DNA of 64,000 nucleotides from SAR324 cluster bacterium (GTDB taxonomy: Bacteria > SAR324 > NAC60-12): contig JACNJW010000024.1 in NCBI GenBank assembly GCA_014382365.1, forward strand, positions 225 through 64,224. The letters are read 5' to 3'. The position numbers and the translations under genes are program-made. Shown piece by piece: positions 1 through 10,533 of this stretch (positions are counted from its first letter, which is position 1; the number at the start of each line of letters is the position of its first letter). Below the pieces are notes generated by a model, which saw nothing but the letters and a program-made list of their open reading frames with translations, did not search any database and was not told the DNA's origin.

Positions 1-929
1 TAAGTAGAATTTTCCACCTGCCTTAAAATACCCATTGGTACAGGAAATTCAGGATAATCAAAACCACTTAACAAGTTTGCCAGTGTACTGTCTGAACTGA
101 ATTGATCATGCTTGAGCAGTTCATTTTCATTTACTCCACTCCCCAATTCCACAATTTCGGGCTTTAAGCCGTTCAAACGAATTCCTTTGTTCTGCTCTTT
201 ACCAAAGACAAAAGGCTCTCCATGTTTGAGACGCAGAATACGATCTTCTCTGACTGATCTGTCCTTAACCGCAGCAAATGTACCATCGTTAAAGATGTTG
301 CAATTCTGATAAATTTCAACAAAAGATGTACCCTTGTGTTTTGCCGCTTCTTTAAATATTTCCTGCATTCCTTTTGTATCCACATCAAAAGTGCGGGCAA
401 TAAAAGTAGCGCCGGCAGAAAGTGCAAACAGCATAGGATTAAGAGGCATATCCGGTGATCCAAAGGGGGTGCTTTTGGTCACCTTCCCCTGCTCAGAAGT
501 TGGTGAATACTGACCTTTTGTCAGTCCGTAAATACGATTATTGAACAACAAAACATTAACATCAAGATTACGACGCAGCATATGTAGTAACTGATTTCCG
601 CCTATACTAAGTCCGTCACCGTCACCGGTGACAATCCAGACGGATAGTTCCGGACGTGCAACCTTCAATCCGGTTGCAAATGCAGGTGCACGACCATGAA
701 GTGTATGCATCCCATACGTGTCCATATAATACGGGAAACGGCTTGAGCAACCAATTCCGGAGACAAAAACGATGTCTTCTTTGGGAATATTCAGTTCAGG
801 CAGCACCTTCTGAATATTAGCCAATATTGAATAATCGCCACAACCTGGACACCAGCGGACTGTCTGCTTTGAAACAAAATCTGCTTTGGTGAGGGCAACT
901 GAGCTCAGCGGTTTAACTGGAATATTCAT
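1..929 (-). CDS. korB: 2-oxoacid:ferredoxin oxidoreductase beta subunit (TPP-binding), 3' partial (runs off window start)
   Basis: Minus-strand translation from the ATG at 929 gives MNIPVKPLSS...WCPGCGDYSILANI...GIGCSSRFPYYMDTYGMHTLHGRAPAFATGLK...TGDGDGLSIGGNQ. This is the typical OFOR beta TPP/Cys motif region. It sits 37 nt upstream of the alpha subunit and has no stop before the window edge. Confidence 0.8.
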   Translation of the reverse strand, partial: MNIPVKPLSSVALTKADFVSKQTVRWCPGCGDYSILANIQKVLPELNIPKEDIVFVSGIGCSSRFPYYMDTYGMHTLHGRAPAFATGLKVARPELSVWIVTGDGDGLSIGGNQLLHMLRRNLDVNVLLFNNRIYGLTKGQYSPTSEQGKVTKSTPFGSPDMPLNPMLFALSAGATFIARTFDVDTKGMQEIFKEAAKHKGTSFVEIYQNCNIFNDGTFAAVKDRSVREDRILRLKHGEPFVFGKEQNKGIRLNGLKPEIVELGSGVNENELLKHDQFSSDSTLANLLSGFDYPEFPVPMGILRQVENST

Positions 930-965
930 ACGAATTTATAAGCTATTCAATAGTTGAAAATATAA

Positions 966-2876
966 TTAAACATCCCTGCAGGGACTGGATGCACCACTTT
1001 CACCCAGCAACTCCAGCACTTGGTTGCGGATTTCTGAAATCAAAAAAGGTCGACCCTGCAATTTAGAAAATGGAATTGCATCGACCAAAAATTCTGCACG
1101 CAACATACGTGATAATTGCCCCAAATTCATTTCAGGCACCAGTACTTTGTTAAAATTGCCCAGTATTTTGCCCAAGTTTTCCTGAAAAGGATACAGGTGC
1201 CTCAGATGCAGCATAGAGACCTGATGACCTTCAGCCTGTAGACTTTTAATTGCTGAAAATGCCGGTCCAAAAACACTACCCCAGGTGACAACCAAAAGCT
1301 CATTAGTTTCCTCACCTATAATTTCCAGAGGCGGCAGATCTTTGGCTATCCCACGAATTTTTTCATCACGCAACAAAACCATTTTTTCGTGATTTTCTGG
1401 ATCATAATTTATTTCTCCAGTATCAAAATCTTTTTCTAAACCACCAATCCGATGTTCCAAACCGGCTGTTCCTGGAATAGCCCAGTTGCGTGCAAGAGTT
1501 TTCTGATTTCGATTGTAGGCAGAAAAGTTTTCAGGGTCAGTATGAAAATTTTGCGTTAGATCCGGCAGTTCATCTTCATCAGGAATTTTCCATGGTTCAG
1601 AAGCATTAGCCAAACCTCCGTCACTGAGTACAATTACAGGTGTCATGTATTTTAACGCAATTCGAAATGCTTCAAGCACCATGAAAAAACAATCTCCCGG
1701 AGTTGCGGCTGCAAGTACCGGAACCGGAGATTCTCCATGTCGTCCATATAACGCTGAAAGTAAATCAGTTTGTTCCGCCTTAGTTGGCAAGCCTGTAGAT
1801 GGTCCACCACGCTGAACATTAAGTACAACTACAGGAAGTTCAGTCATTACGGCATAACCAAGAGCCTCACTTTTCAAGTCAAGTCCTGGACCGCTTGTTC
1901 CAGTAACAGCTAAAACACCTCCAAAGGCTGAACCTATTGTAGAGGACATAGCCGCAATTTCGTCTTCGGCTTGAATTGTTTTTACACCATAATTTTTATA
2001 GTGTGCTAAATCGTGCAGGATATCTGAAGCCGGAGTGATTGGATAACTTGAATAAAGCAGGGAAAGACCGGAACGCAAAGATGCCGCTACGCAGCCTAAA
2101 GCAAGTGCCTGATTCCCAGTGATCTGCCGATACTCCCCTGAAGGTAAAACTGCAGGTGAGACATGATAACGTTCCTGAAATAACTCAATTGTGATCGCAT
2201 AGTTGTAACCAGCCTGCAGTGCAAGTTCATTGGCTTTTGCGATACCCGGTTTATTTTTAAATTTATCTTTAATCCAAACCTGTGTCTGCTCTAAAGAACG
2301 TACAAACAACCATTTAACCACTCCAAGTGCAAAAAAGTTTTTACAGCGGGCACCGTCACGGAAAGATAATCCGGTTTCCTCAACTGCTTTTAAAGTTAAT
2401 TTTGTAATTGGAATCTGCACCACACGATAATCACTCAACTCTCCGCTTTCCAGAGGATTTTCCGAATACTCTGCCTTTAGTAAATCATTCTTTGCAAAAC
2501 TGTCAGAGTTGACAATCAGGATGCCGCCTTTTTCTAAATCAATTAAATTCGCTTTGAGTGCTGCAGGATTCATGGCCACTAAAACTCCCAGACAATCGGC
2601 AGTAGTATATATTTCACTGCTGGAGATACTGAGGTCAAAACCTGACACTCCTGCTAAAGTACCTGCTGGAGCACGTATTTCAGCTGGGAAATCTGGAAAC
2701 GTAATCACATCGTTTCCTGCCATGACAGAAGTTGTAGAGAATTGAGTACCAGTCAGCTGCATACCATCACCAGAGTCCCCGGCGAATCGAATGGTGGCTT
2801 TTTCAAGTTCTGTTTTGGGGAAATTTGCTTGAGCTGAAACTGACTTTGCTTTGGAAGGTGCCTTCACTGAAGACAT
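966..2876 (-). CDS. korA: 2-oxoglutarate/2-oxoacid:ferredoxin oxidoreductase alpha subunit
   Basis: 636-aa ORF whose domain order is the one typical of KorA/PorA-family alpha subunits. It lies immediately upstream of the beta subunit on the same strand. Confidence 0.8.
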   Translation of the reverse strand: MSSVKAPSKAKSVSAQANFPKTELEKATIRFAGDSGDGMQLTGTQFSTTSVMAGNDVITFPDFPAEIRAPAGTLAGVSGFDLSISSSEIYTTADCLGVLVAMNPAALKANLIDLEKGGILIVNSDSFAKNDLLKAEYSENPLESGELSDYRVVQIPITKLTLKAVEETGLSFRDGARCKNFFALGVVKWLFVRSLEQTQVWIKDKFKNKPGIAKANELALQAGYNYAITIELFQERYHVSPAVLPSGEYRQITGNQALALGCVAASLRSGLSLLYSSYPITPASDILHDLAHYKNYGVKTIQAEDEIAAMSSTIGSAFGGVLAVTGTSGPGLDLKSEALGYAVMTELPVVVLNVQRGGPSTGLPTKAEQTDLLSALYGRHGESPVPVLAAATPGDCFFMVLEAFRIALKYMTPVIVLSDGGLANASEPWKIPDEDELPDLTQNFHTDPENFSAYNRNQKTLARNWAIPGTAGLEHRIGGLEKDFDTGEINYDPENHEKMVLLRDEKIRGIAKDLPPLEIIGEETNELLVVTWGSVFGPAFSAIKSLQAEGHQVSMLHLRHLYPFQENLGKILGNFNKVLVPEMNLGQLSRMLRAEFLVDAIPFSKLQGRPFLISEIRNQVLELLGESGASSPCRDV

Positions 2877-3025
2877 TAGTTGTCCTGATTTTACGGTTAA
2901 GATAATGTTTATGAATTTTTTTAAATTAATCCTGCAAGTTCAATCTTAACAAGTAATTCTTTGAACTGCAATTCTGAATTACTCTGAATTAATTTCATAG
3001 CATTGAGATAACTGAATCAGCCAAA

Positions 3026-4033
3026 TCACCCCATGGGTACTAATTTGTGTGATACAGCCAGTCGCACAAGCATGGTCATATCTCCTGCATCGAGCTTGAC
3101 CATCATATTCTGGCGGTGTGCTTCTACAGTACGGTTGCTGATATTCAAATCAAAAGCAATTTCCTTTGTACTTGAGCCGTTCACCATCAACTGCAAAATT
3201 TCTTTTTCACGTGGAGTTAAGGTATTACTTAAAATCTGACGGGCTTCCAATAAATCTAATTCAGCTTTTTTACGTGCAGTAATATCACGCATTGTTAAGA
3301 CTGCACCTACAATTTCATCATTTTCGTTACGGATTGGTGCTGCACTAAAATCAATTACAATTCTCTTACCGTTGCTGTTGACCAATATTGGTTCATTATC
3401 AACAAGACATGCTACAGTTTCACCATCTAATGCCTGATCAATCAGATCAGGTAAAACAGGATAAACTCCCGACTCTTCAACCTGTAGAATTTCCAGTAAA
3501 TCTTTTTTCATTGCTTCCGACTCATTCCAGCCGGTAAGTGTTTCTGCAACAGGACTCATTGAAGTTATTAAACCATCTATACCGACTGTAATCACCCCGT
3601 CACCTATACTGCGGAGCAACGTGTCCAACCAACGCTCATGCTCATGAATGAGCTTTTCCATTTTATATTTATACAGCGAAATTTCTATAGTCGTATGTAG
3701 TTCACGTTCTTTGTATGGTTTAATTAAATATCCGAAAGGTTCAGTCAACTTTGCCCGATTAAGTGTTTCTGAATCAGAATAGGCAGTTAAAAATATAATT
3801 GGAATTCCAAGTAGTTCATGAATTTGCTGGGCTGTATCCACGCCATCCATTTCACCTTCCAGCATAATATCCATCAACACCAAATCCGGTGATTTCTTCT
3901 TTATTTTACGCAACGCTTCTTCACCGGATGCCGCCTGTCCGCTGACGATATAACCCAGAGATTCAAGCTGGTCGTTCAGACTTTCTGCTACTATAGCTTC
4001 GTCTTCCACAATAAATATTTTTGCTGTGGTCAT
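3026..4033 (-). CDS. response regulator with REC, PAS and LuxR-type HTH domains
   Basis: N-terminal receiver (IFIVEDEAIVAESL...DLVLMDIMLEGEMDG). Central PAS-like region. C-terminal LuxR HTH (LTPREKEILQLMVNGSSTKEIAFDLNISNRTVEAHRQNMMVKL). Confidence 0.8.
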   Translation of the reverse strand: MTTAKIFIVEDEAIVAESLNDQLESLGYIVSGQAASGEEALRKIKKKSPDLVLMDIMLEGEMDGVDTAQQIHELLGIPIIFLTAYSDSETLNRAKLTEPFGYLIKPYKERELHTTIEISLYKYKMEKLIHEHERWLDTLLRSIGDGVITVGIDGLITSMSPVAETLTGWNESEAMKKDLLEILQVEESGVYPVLPDLIDQALDGETVACLVDNEPILVNSNGKRIVIDFSAAPIRNENDEIVGAVLTMRDITARKKAELDLLEARQILSNTLTPREKEILQLMVNGSSTKEIAFDLNISNRTVEAHRQNMMVKLDAGDMTMLVRLAVSHKLVPMG

Positions 4034-4070
4034 AATTTTCTTTGATCAAAATGCAATGAAATTTGTTTAA

Positions 4071-5615
4071 TCATTCCAAAGGTATACAAAACACGAAATA
4101 TGTACCTTTGGATTCTGGACAATCCGGATTTTGTTTTAACTCAACTTGTCCTTTTAATTGCCTCGTCAGTACCCGCACAAGCCTGAGTCCCAGGGTCTTT
4201 GCACTGCTGAATTTTATCTCAGCTGGAATCCCCTTCCCATTATCACTAACAGTGAGTATTAACTGTTTCTTATTTTCCAATTTAAGGCCAACAAAGAACA
4301 CACCATTTTCCTGCTCAGTAAATGCATATTTCAAAGCATTTGAAGTTAGTTCGTTTAATATCAATGCACAGGGAATAGCTTTGTTGATATTTAGTGATAC
4401 AGATTCCATATCAAAGGAGAGCCGAACTTTCCCTCTGACAGTTTGGTATGATTGAAATATTTCCGAAACCAAGTCTTTAACATATTGCTGAAAGTGAATT
4501 TGTGCAAGACTTTCTGACTGATATATTTTTTCATGAATCAGGGCCATCGACTGAATCCGGTGCTGACTTTCACGCAGCAATGTAAGACGATCCGGATCAT
4601 CTGTATTGGCCAGCTGCAGTGTAAACAAACTTGAAATTACCTGTAAATTGTTTTTTACACGATGATGTATCTCCTTCAGCAAGACTTCTTTTTCTGATAA
4701 AGATTCCCTGAGTTCATTTTCAACTATTTTGCGATCAGTCACATCACGTAGAATTGCAGTATAAATTTGCTCTCCTTCAATTTCAAATTGCGAAATATTT
4801 GCTTCTGCCGAAAATGTAGTACCATTTTTTCGCTTACCATAAATTTCTGAGCGCTCAGACATTCGGCTTGAAGTTTGCTCAGACTCCCCAAATCGTTGTA
4901 AATGTTTTGAGTGTGAAGCACGATAAACTTCCGGCATTAATAACCCCAAAGGTTTACCCAGTACTTCATCTGCGCAGTAACCAAAAATTTTTTCTGCACC
5001 ATTATTGAACATTGTAATTTGCTGATCTGCATTTACCGAGATGATTGCGTCTTCAGCAGTTTCAAGTATCCCCGATAACCTTGCCTGCGACATTACCAGC
5101 TCAGTATTACGCTGCCTGATTTGCTCTTCAAGACTTGTCCGATGATCCCAAAGCTCTTCCTCCATCTTCCTGAACCTAGTGATATCAAGCCCAGTCACTG
5201 TATAATTAGTGGTCTTAGCAGCACTGTCTCTCAGCGATGAAATGGTAAAAGAAATCAGTCGAGTTCCTCCATTTTGTGTACGCCATGGATCTTCATAAGT
5301 TGTACGAAAAGGAGGTTTAGTAGCTTCTTCAAGTAAACTGTTGATTAATTTGTGTGCTTTGGGTTCAAAAAACAAATCCAAAAATGATTTTCCTTCTGCA
5401 TCTTTCTTACTATAACCCAGTGTTTCACGGCATACCCGGTTAATGAGTAAGATTTTTCCGGCTGTTGATAGAATGAGGAATAAAGTATCAATCGTATCAA
5501 AAAATTCTGGCGAGTTTTCTGGTAACTTAATCATTCGTTTACAGATATTACTGATAAATTTTTGCTGATTATAACTTGGAGAAATGAATATCTTAATTGC
5601 ACAGAAGATCTGCAA
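4071..5615 (-). CDS. sensor histidine kinase, two PAS domains + HisKA_2 + HATPase_c
   Basis: PAS-like segments. HisKA_2-type H-box EIHHRVKNNLQVISSLFTLQ. C-terminal ATPase region (LNELTSNALKYAF...DNGKGIP). Adjacent to the response regulator. Confidence 0.8.
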   Translation of the reverse strand: MQIFCAIKIFISPSYNQQKFISNICKRMIKLPENSPEFFDTIDTLFLILSTAGKILLINRVCRETLGYSKKDAEGKSFLDLFFEPKAHKLINSLLEEATKPPFRTTYEDPWRTQNGGTRLISFTISSLRDSAAKTTNYTVTGLDITRFRKMEEELWDHRTSLEEQIRQRNTELVMSQARLSGILETAEDAIISVNADQQITMFNNGAEKIFGYCADEVLGKPLGLLMPEVYRASHSKHLQRFGESEQTSSRMSERSEIYGKRKNGTTFSAEANISQFEIEGEQIYTAILRDVTDRKIVENELRESLSEKEVLLKEIHHRVKNNLQVISSLFTLQLANTDDPDRLTLLRESQHRIQSMALIHEKIYQSESLAQIHFQQYVKDLVSEIFQSYQTVRGKVRLSFDMESVSLNINKAIPCALILNELTSNALKYAFTEQENGVFFVGLKLENKKQLILTVSDNGKGIPAEIKFSSAKTLGLRLVRVLTRQLKGQVELKQNPDCPESKGTYFVFCIPLE

Positions 5616-5722
5616 CTAAAGTCATTTGTTGTTCAAATTATTAATAATCTGATGGGCAAAAAGGAAGGTGTGGTCTCTACTTTTGTAGTAGCAAACTAAA
5701 GAAAAAATATTTCTCAACAATA

Positions 5723-6244
5723 TTAGTTGATGAAATGATGACCACCGTTTTTTATACTCAAAACAGGACAGTTTGCATAACGCGTCACCTTTTCGGTGAC
5801 GCTTCCTTTCATACTATAGGCAAGTCCTTTGTAACCATGACTACTCATCACAATTAAATCAACCACTTCCTGTTTGGTATAGTTGATAATCTCTGAAACA
5901 ATCTCACCTTCCAAAACCACTAATTTGAATTCTTTTTTACTACAACAAAGAGTCTTTAAAAAATTCTCCAATTCAATGTTAACCTTTCCATTGGTATCAG
6001 ATTCGGCTTTAATTGCAAAGGTATTTGTTTCTTTCGGAATTGGTTGATTATCCACATACAACAAGGTAATGGATGCACCAAACTCTGCCGCCAGACGTTT
6101 AGCATATCGTAATGATATCTTTGAATGCTCTGAACAATCTGTCGGTACAAGAATCGTATTCAACTTCAACATTAATTTACAATAATTAGCAGTTGTTAAT
6201 TTTTTCCGAGTTAGTGAAATAGTTGACAAATGAACACCAATCAT
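5723..6244 (-). CDS. universal stress protein (UspA family)
   Basis: ILVPTDCSEHS...ITLLYV...VMSSHGYKGL...TEKVTRYANCPVLSIK matches the Usp fold signature. Confidence 0.7.
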   Translation of the reverse strand: MIGVHLSTISLTRKKLTTANYCKLMLKLNTILVPTDCSEHSKISLRYAKRLAAEFGASITLLYVDNQPIPKETNTFAIKAESDTNGKVNIELENFLKTLCCSKKEFKLVVLEGEIVSEIINYTKQEVVDLIVMSSHGYKGLAYSMKGSVTEKVTRYANCPVLSIKNGGHHFIN

Positions 6245-6450
6245 AATATTCCCTGCTTCATATTAAAATACGTAAATTTACTGAGAGATTTAGTAATAAT
6301 TTATCATAATCAGGTTTTGCTACCATTATTTGCCGAAAAATCCGATATTTATTTAGGAGGAACTATCTTGACAAAAAACTGATTTTTTTGGAGAATAACC
6401 TGATTCAGGGTCTTGTTTGTTTAATAGAATTTGTTTTTCAGTCCTTATAA

Positions 6451-7386
6451 ATGCCTCTACTTAAAATCTTATTGTCAAGTTCCAGCCTGATATTCTTTTT
6501 TACTATTACTTCCTCAAGTGCCATTGCCGCTAGCAAAAAAGCTTGTTACCTGTTTGCAGTTGGAGAAACAAGCGATAGTTCGCAATTGCTAGATCAACTT
6601 GCAAAGCCTCTTTTCAATGCCTTTGTAAGTCCTCTTGAAAGCATTCCTCCGGAAGGACTCTCCGGGAAAAAGCTGAAAAAATCTTGCATTTTTGAGGTTA
6701 CCTTAAGAATTTCTAATAATCAGCATGCTCTGCAAATCACATCTGAAAGGTCTGAAAAACGAATTAATTCCTCATTACAAATCGATGGCAGTTCGCCAAG
6801 TCAAATTGAGTCCGGAATTTTACAAGCAATTCTGCAGTCTATACCTCAGTCCAAGTCAGAAATTTGTCAGCGTTTCAGTGACAAACTACCCCAGCATTGT
6901 GAAGCTGAGCGGACAATTGCAGTTATTTATGAGTCTTCCCGTGACAATCCTGAGGAAGATGTCCTTGGTGATGCAAGAGGAGTTGTCTGGGAAGAACTTG
7001 ACGAAATAATACAGGAAATGGATTTGCTGAAGCCTTCAGGTAGCAGACAAATACTCCAACCTCAAACAAATCTGGCGTCAACACTTGATTCTGCAAAAAT
7101 TTTTGGAGCAGTATCTTTTCAGATAATGGCACAAAGAGAAAAAAAGAAATCCCTGATGTGGGCCGGAATGGTCGATGTACAGGTTAAAATTAAAGTTTAT
7201 AAGTATAAAAACGGAGCCTGGAATCAAGTTGGTTCCTACACTACTTTGACGCAAAGACGACCTGTTCGTAAATGGGCCAAAAAACCTGAAATGCTACGCA
7301 CACAGTATCAAAGTGCTGTTCATAAAATGATAAAAAAATGGGACAAAAATAATATCTATGAGACAATCTCAAACTTGAAAAATTAA
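6451..7386 (+). CDS. hypothetical secreted protein
   Basis: 311-aa ORF with an N-terminal signal peptide (LLSSSSLIFFFTITSSSAIAAS). No recognisable catalytic motif. Confidence 0.5.
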   Translation: MPLLKILLSSSSLIFFFTITSSSAIAASKKACYLFAVGETSDSSQLLDQLAKPLFNAFVSPLESIPPEGLSGKKLKKSCIFEVTLRISNNQHALQITSERSEKRINSSLQIDGSSPSQIESGILQAILQSIPQSKSEICQRFSDKLPQHCEAERTIAVIYESSRDNPEEDVLGDARGVVWEELDEIIQEMDLLKPSGSRQILQPQTNLASTLDSAKIFGAVSFQIMAQREKKKSLMWAGMVDVQVKIKVYKYKNGAWNQVGSYTTLTQRRPVRKWAKKPEMLRTQYQSAVHKMIKKWDKNNIYETISNLKN

Positions 7387-7387
7387 A

Positions 7388-7903
7388 ATGCGAATCAACT
7401 CGTTTTTTTTACAAAATTACTTTTTATTGCTGCTCCTGCTGGCAGTCTCAGGAAGCTTGTTTTTACATTCCACACCTGCAGAGGCAAAAGAGTTTCAAAG
7501 ATTTTTTATTAAAAATTTGGAAAACAAACGCTTTGATACCAGGAAATATAGGGGCAAGCCTTATGTGATGAGCATTTTTTACACAAAATGCATACCTTGT
7601 ATAAAGGAAATTCCACAACTTTATACTTTCATGTCTGAAAATTTTCCGTATGTCCCTCTACTTTTTGTTGATCCACTGGATGAAGACTCAAAAAACGATA
7701 TCCGAAAATTTGCGAAAAAACTAAATGTACCATCCGAACTGTTTTACAAAGACAGCATGGGCATTGTAAGTAGGCGTTTTTTTGCAGGTGGACAGTATGC
7801 TTTTCCTACAATTTTAGGTTTGCGGGACCTGAGTTATCTTTTTCGTTTTTCTGGAATAGATGCTAATATTCTTGCTGAAATAAAATCTAAATTAAAAGAG
7901 TGA
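7388..7903 (+). CDS. thioredoxin-fold thiol:disulfide oxidoreductase (TlpA/ResA/AhpC-TSA-like)
   Basis: Signal peptide followed by a CIPC (CxxC) motif in a redoxin-like context (YVMSIFYTKCIPCIKEIPQL). Start is 2 nt after the previous stop. Confidence 0.6.
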   Translation: MRINSFFLQNYFLLLLLLAVSGSLFLHSTPAEAKEFQRFFIKNLENKRFDTRKYRGKPYVMSIFYTKCIPCIKEIPQLYTFMSENFPYVPLLFVDPLDEDSKNDIRKFAKKLNVPSELFYKDSMGIVSRRFFAGGQYAFPTILGLRDLSYLFRFSGIDANILAEIKSKLKE

Positions 7904-7937
7904 TCCTCAACTTTGGAAATAACTAATTCAAATTAAT

Positions 7938-8969
7938 ATGTTTAAAATTGTCACATTAACCCTAATATTTTTTGCTCTGTTATCTGCTAATTCACAGGCG
8001 CAGGAAAAAGAGATGGCCGCCCTTACACCGATGGGTGCCCTGGGAGAATTTTCTGAAATGGAGAAGCAAATCATTTTCAATAGTCTGCAGGAATCACTTT
8101 CGACTCATTATGCTCTTGCTTCTCAAAAAGCCTTTGAAGCTGCACTGACACAAGCCTTTGAAGAACTGGATTATGACGAGTGTACTGAAGATCAGTGCTT
8201 TGCCCTGATTCAGCAAATACTACAGGTTGACAATTTGTTTCTCTTTAACATGACACGTGAGGGAAACTTCACCCAACTTTCCCTGACCCGGGTAGACCTT
8301 GACAGTCAGCGACTCGTCCGGACAGCTTTTTGTGAAGACTGCAGTATTGGCCAGCTTAATATGAAGGTTGAAGGACTGGTGCTCAAATTAATTACAGAAG
8401 ATCAATTATCTCTTGCCGGTACAAAATTCATAGAGCAGCCAAAACCAAAAACAGTTCCTGAGCCTGTAAAAAAGAAGGTACAGAAAGCTGTCTCGAAAAT
8501 TAAAAGGGTTCAGAAAGCAGCCCCTACAGTCGATTCTGAACCTGAACCAGTCAGTCCTGAAGGAACTACTTCTGTAGATAAGACCTGGCAATATGTGGCA
8601 ACTACAGTTACCGTAGTTTCGGCTTTGTTGTCATACAATGCTGCCAAGTCTTACAATGACCTTTCTGCAAAAAACAGCACACTGGCTTCACAATATGCAA
8701 ATGCAAGCAGCAGTAGCGAGCAGGCATCTTATAAAAGCGAATACGACAGCAATTCCAGCAAAATGAAGTCCTACAAAAGTAGTTCTCAGACATGGGATTT
8801 ACTGACTCTGGCAGGGCTTGGCTGGACGGCCTATTTGCTGATGACTGAGAATTCAACTGTAACTACCTCAAATCATGTAAAAACAACCTCACCCTTCATT
8901 CCACAACTTGCATTCAGAAACACACTTTCCGGACCACAAGCCATTTTAGACTGGAATCTACGTTTTTAA
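7938..8969 (+). CDS. hypothetical secreted/membrane protein
   Basis: 343-aa ORF. Signal peptide (LIFFALLSANSQAQEKE), a Lys-rich linker, and one predicted TM segment near the C-terminus. Confidence 0.5.
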   Translation: MFKIVTLTLIFFALLSANSQAQEKEMAALTPMGALGEFSEMEKQIIFNSLQESLSTHYALASQKAFEAALTQAFEELDYDECTEDQCFALIQQILQVDNLFLFNMTREGNFTQLSLTRVDLDSQRLVRTAFCEDCSIGQLNMKVEGLVLKLITEDQLSLAGTKFIEQPKPKTVPEPVKKKVQKAVSKIKRVQKAAPTVDSEPEPVSPEGTTSVDKTWQYVATTVTVVSALLSYNAAKSYNDLSAKNSTLASQYANASSSSEQASYKSEYDSNSSKMKSYKSSSQTWDLLTLAGLGWTAYLLMTENSTVTTSNHVKTTSPFIPQLAFRNTLSGPQAILDWNLRF

Positions 8970-8982
8970 TATTTTTGAAATT

Positions 8983-9561
8983 ATGATGAAAATATTCTCT
9001 TTTTTTACAATTGCCTTCACTGTTCTGCTCAGCCTATTGATGATTTCCTGCGGACAAACTACTCTCAAGGATGATGGCCTGGATTCCAAAAGTATTGAAG
9101 AAGCCTCAGGCACAAGCTCTGGAGGTAGTAGCGATGACAGCAGTTCTGGGAATAGTTCTTTCACTGTTACTTCAGTCTCTCCTGCTGATGGTGCAACTGG
9201 AGTAAGTAGAAATGGTGCAAGCATTACAATTACTTTTGGTGACGATGTCAGATTGAAAAACACGGATGGTTCTTGGACAAGTTCCTGGACCACATCATCA
9301 ACTTCAGAAGGTTCCTGTTCCAGCAGTTATGGTTCAAAATTAGTTCACATTTCACGTGATAATTTTACAAATTGTCACCCAAATAATGGTTCCGTTAGTG
9401 ACAAAATAATTACTTTGACTCTGAATGGAACATTATCTTCATCAGGCAATTACAAAGTAAAAGTTCTCAAAACATCACTTGACGGGTCAGCCTCAACTCA
9501 ATCCTCTTCAGGTGTAAATCTTTCCACAGAATACAGTTTTTCTTTCACTGCGGATAATTAA
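8983..9561 (+). CDS. Ser/Gly/Thr-rich lipoprotein, hypothetical
   Basis: Lipobox-like LLMISCGQ after the signal peptide. Low-complexity S/G/T-rich mature part. Confidence 0.5.
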   Translation: MMKIFSFFTIAFTVLLSLLMISCGQTTLKDDGLDSKSIEEASGTSSGGSSDDSSSGNSSFTVTSVSPADGATGVSRNGASITITFGDDVRLKNTDGSWTSSWTTSSTSEGSCSSSYGSKLVHISRDNFTNCHPNNGSVSDKIITLTLNGTLSSSGNYKVKVLKTSLDGSASTQSSSGVNLSTEYSFSFTADN

Positions 9562-9600
9562 GCCTTTTCGTTTTTGAACTAAAACAAATATCGATTCTTA

Positions 9601-10473
9601 ATGCCAAGACTACCCACCCACTCAGACTACATTGCACTTTTTGCCCTTGGTGCATTGTGGGGTTCTTCCTTTGGTGCAATTAAAATTGCTTTACACGGTG
9701 TAACTCCGCTGACAGTCATGAGTGTGAGGATAATTCTGGCCGGCACAGCTTTGTTTATCTTGACCAGAGTCAGACGTACTAAGTTCCCACGTGGAATACA
9801 AAATTGGATTAAAATTGCCTGGATGGCTCTTTTTGGGACTTTAATTCCTTTTTTCCTTGTACCCTGGGGACAACTGCAGATCGACAGCAGCCTCGCGGCA
9901 ATTCTAATGGCAGTCAACCCACTGTTCGCACTGATACTGGGCCATTTTTTTAGCGAAAATGAGCATTTTACTTTACGCCAGTTGCTGGCAATGCTGGTCG
10001 GTTTTACAGGTATTTTGCTGGTATTTGGAGAAAATGCTCTTTCTTCAATAAATGGAAATATCATGGCACAGTTGGCAGTTATCGGTGCCGGATTCTGTTA
10101 TACCATTTCAGGTGTCATAGTGACACGAGTACGAAATCTCTCTGCCGATTCAGTCAGCGCTTCAATATTTATCTGCTCCTCAGTGATAGTGCTTCCGTTC
10201 TGGTTAATAATTGAACAACCCTGGAACCTTCAATTTGAAACTAATAGTATTCTGGCACTGATTCATCTGGGTTTGGTCTCAACCGGAATGGCCTTTTTAA
10301 TGCGCTATTACATTATCCTTAGAGCAGGTGCAGTATTTTTATCCTATGTAGCCTTTATAATTCCAATGTTTGGAATATTATTTGGTATATTGTTTTTAGG
10401 AGAAACTATTTCTGTCAGCACAATGCTTGCTGTAGCCTTGATTCTTTCAGGTGTTTATTTAGGGCGCAAATAA
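9601..10473 (+). CDS. EamA/DMT-family transporter
   Basis: 290 aa, about 10 hydrophobic helices, duplicated EamA-like halves. Confidence 0.65.
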   Translation: MPRLPTHSDYIALFALGALWGSSFGAIKIALHGVTPLTVMSVRIILAGTALFILTRVRRTKFPRGIQNWIKIAWMALFGTLIPFFLVPWGQLQIDSSLAAILMAVNPLFALILGHFFSENEHFTLRQLLAMLVGFTGILLVFGENALSSINGNIMAQLAVIGAGFCYTISGVIVTRVRNLSADSVSASIFICSSVIVLPFWLIIEQPWNLQFETNSILALIHLGLVSTGMAFLMRYYIILRAGAVFLSYVAFIIPMFGILFGILFLGETISVSTMLAVALILSGVYLGRK

Positions 10474-10533
10474 CAAACACATAATTTAATCAATAATCTG
10501 ATCTCCTTTCACAATCCTCTTTTAAAAATTTTC

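Noticed and set aside
9627-10064. 145-aa minus-strand ORF
   Set aside because: It is antisense within the EamA transporter gene.
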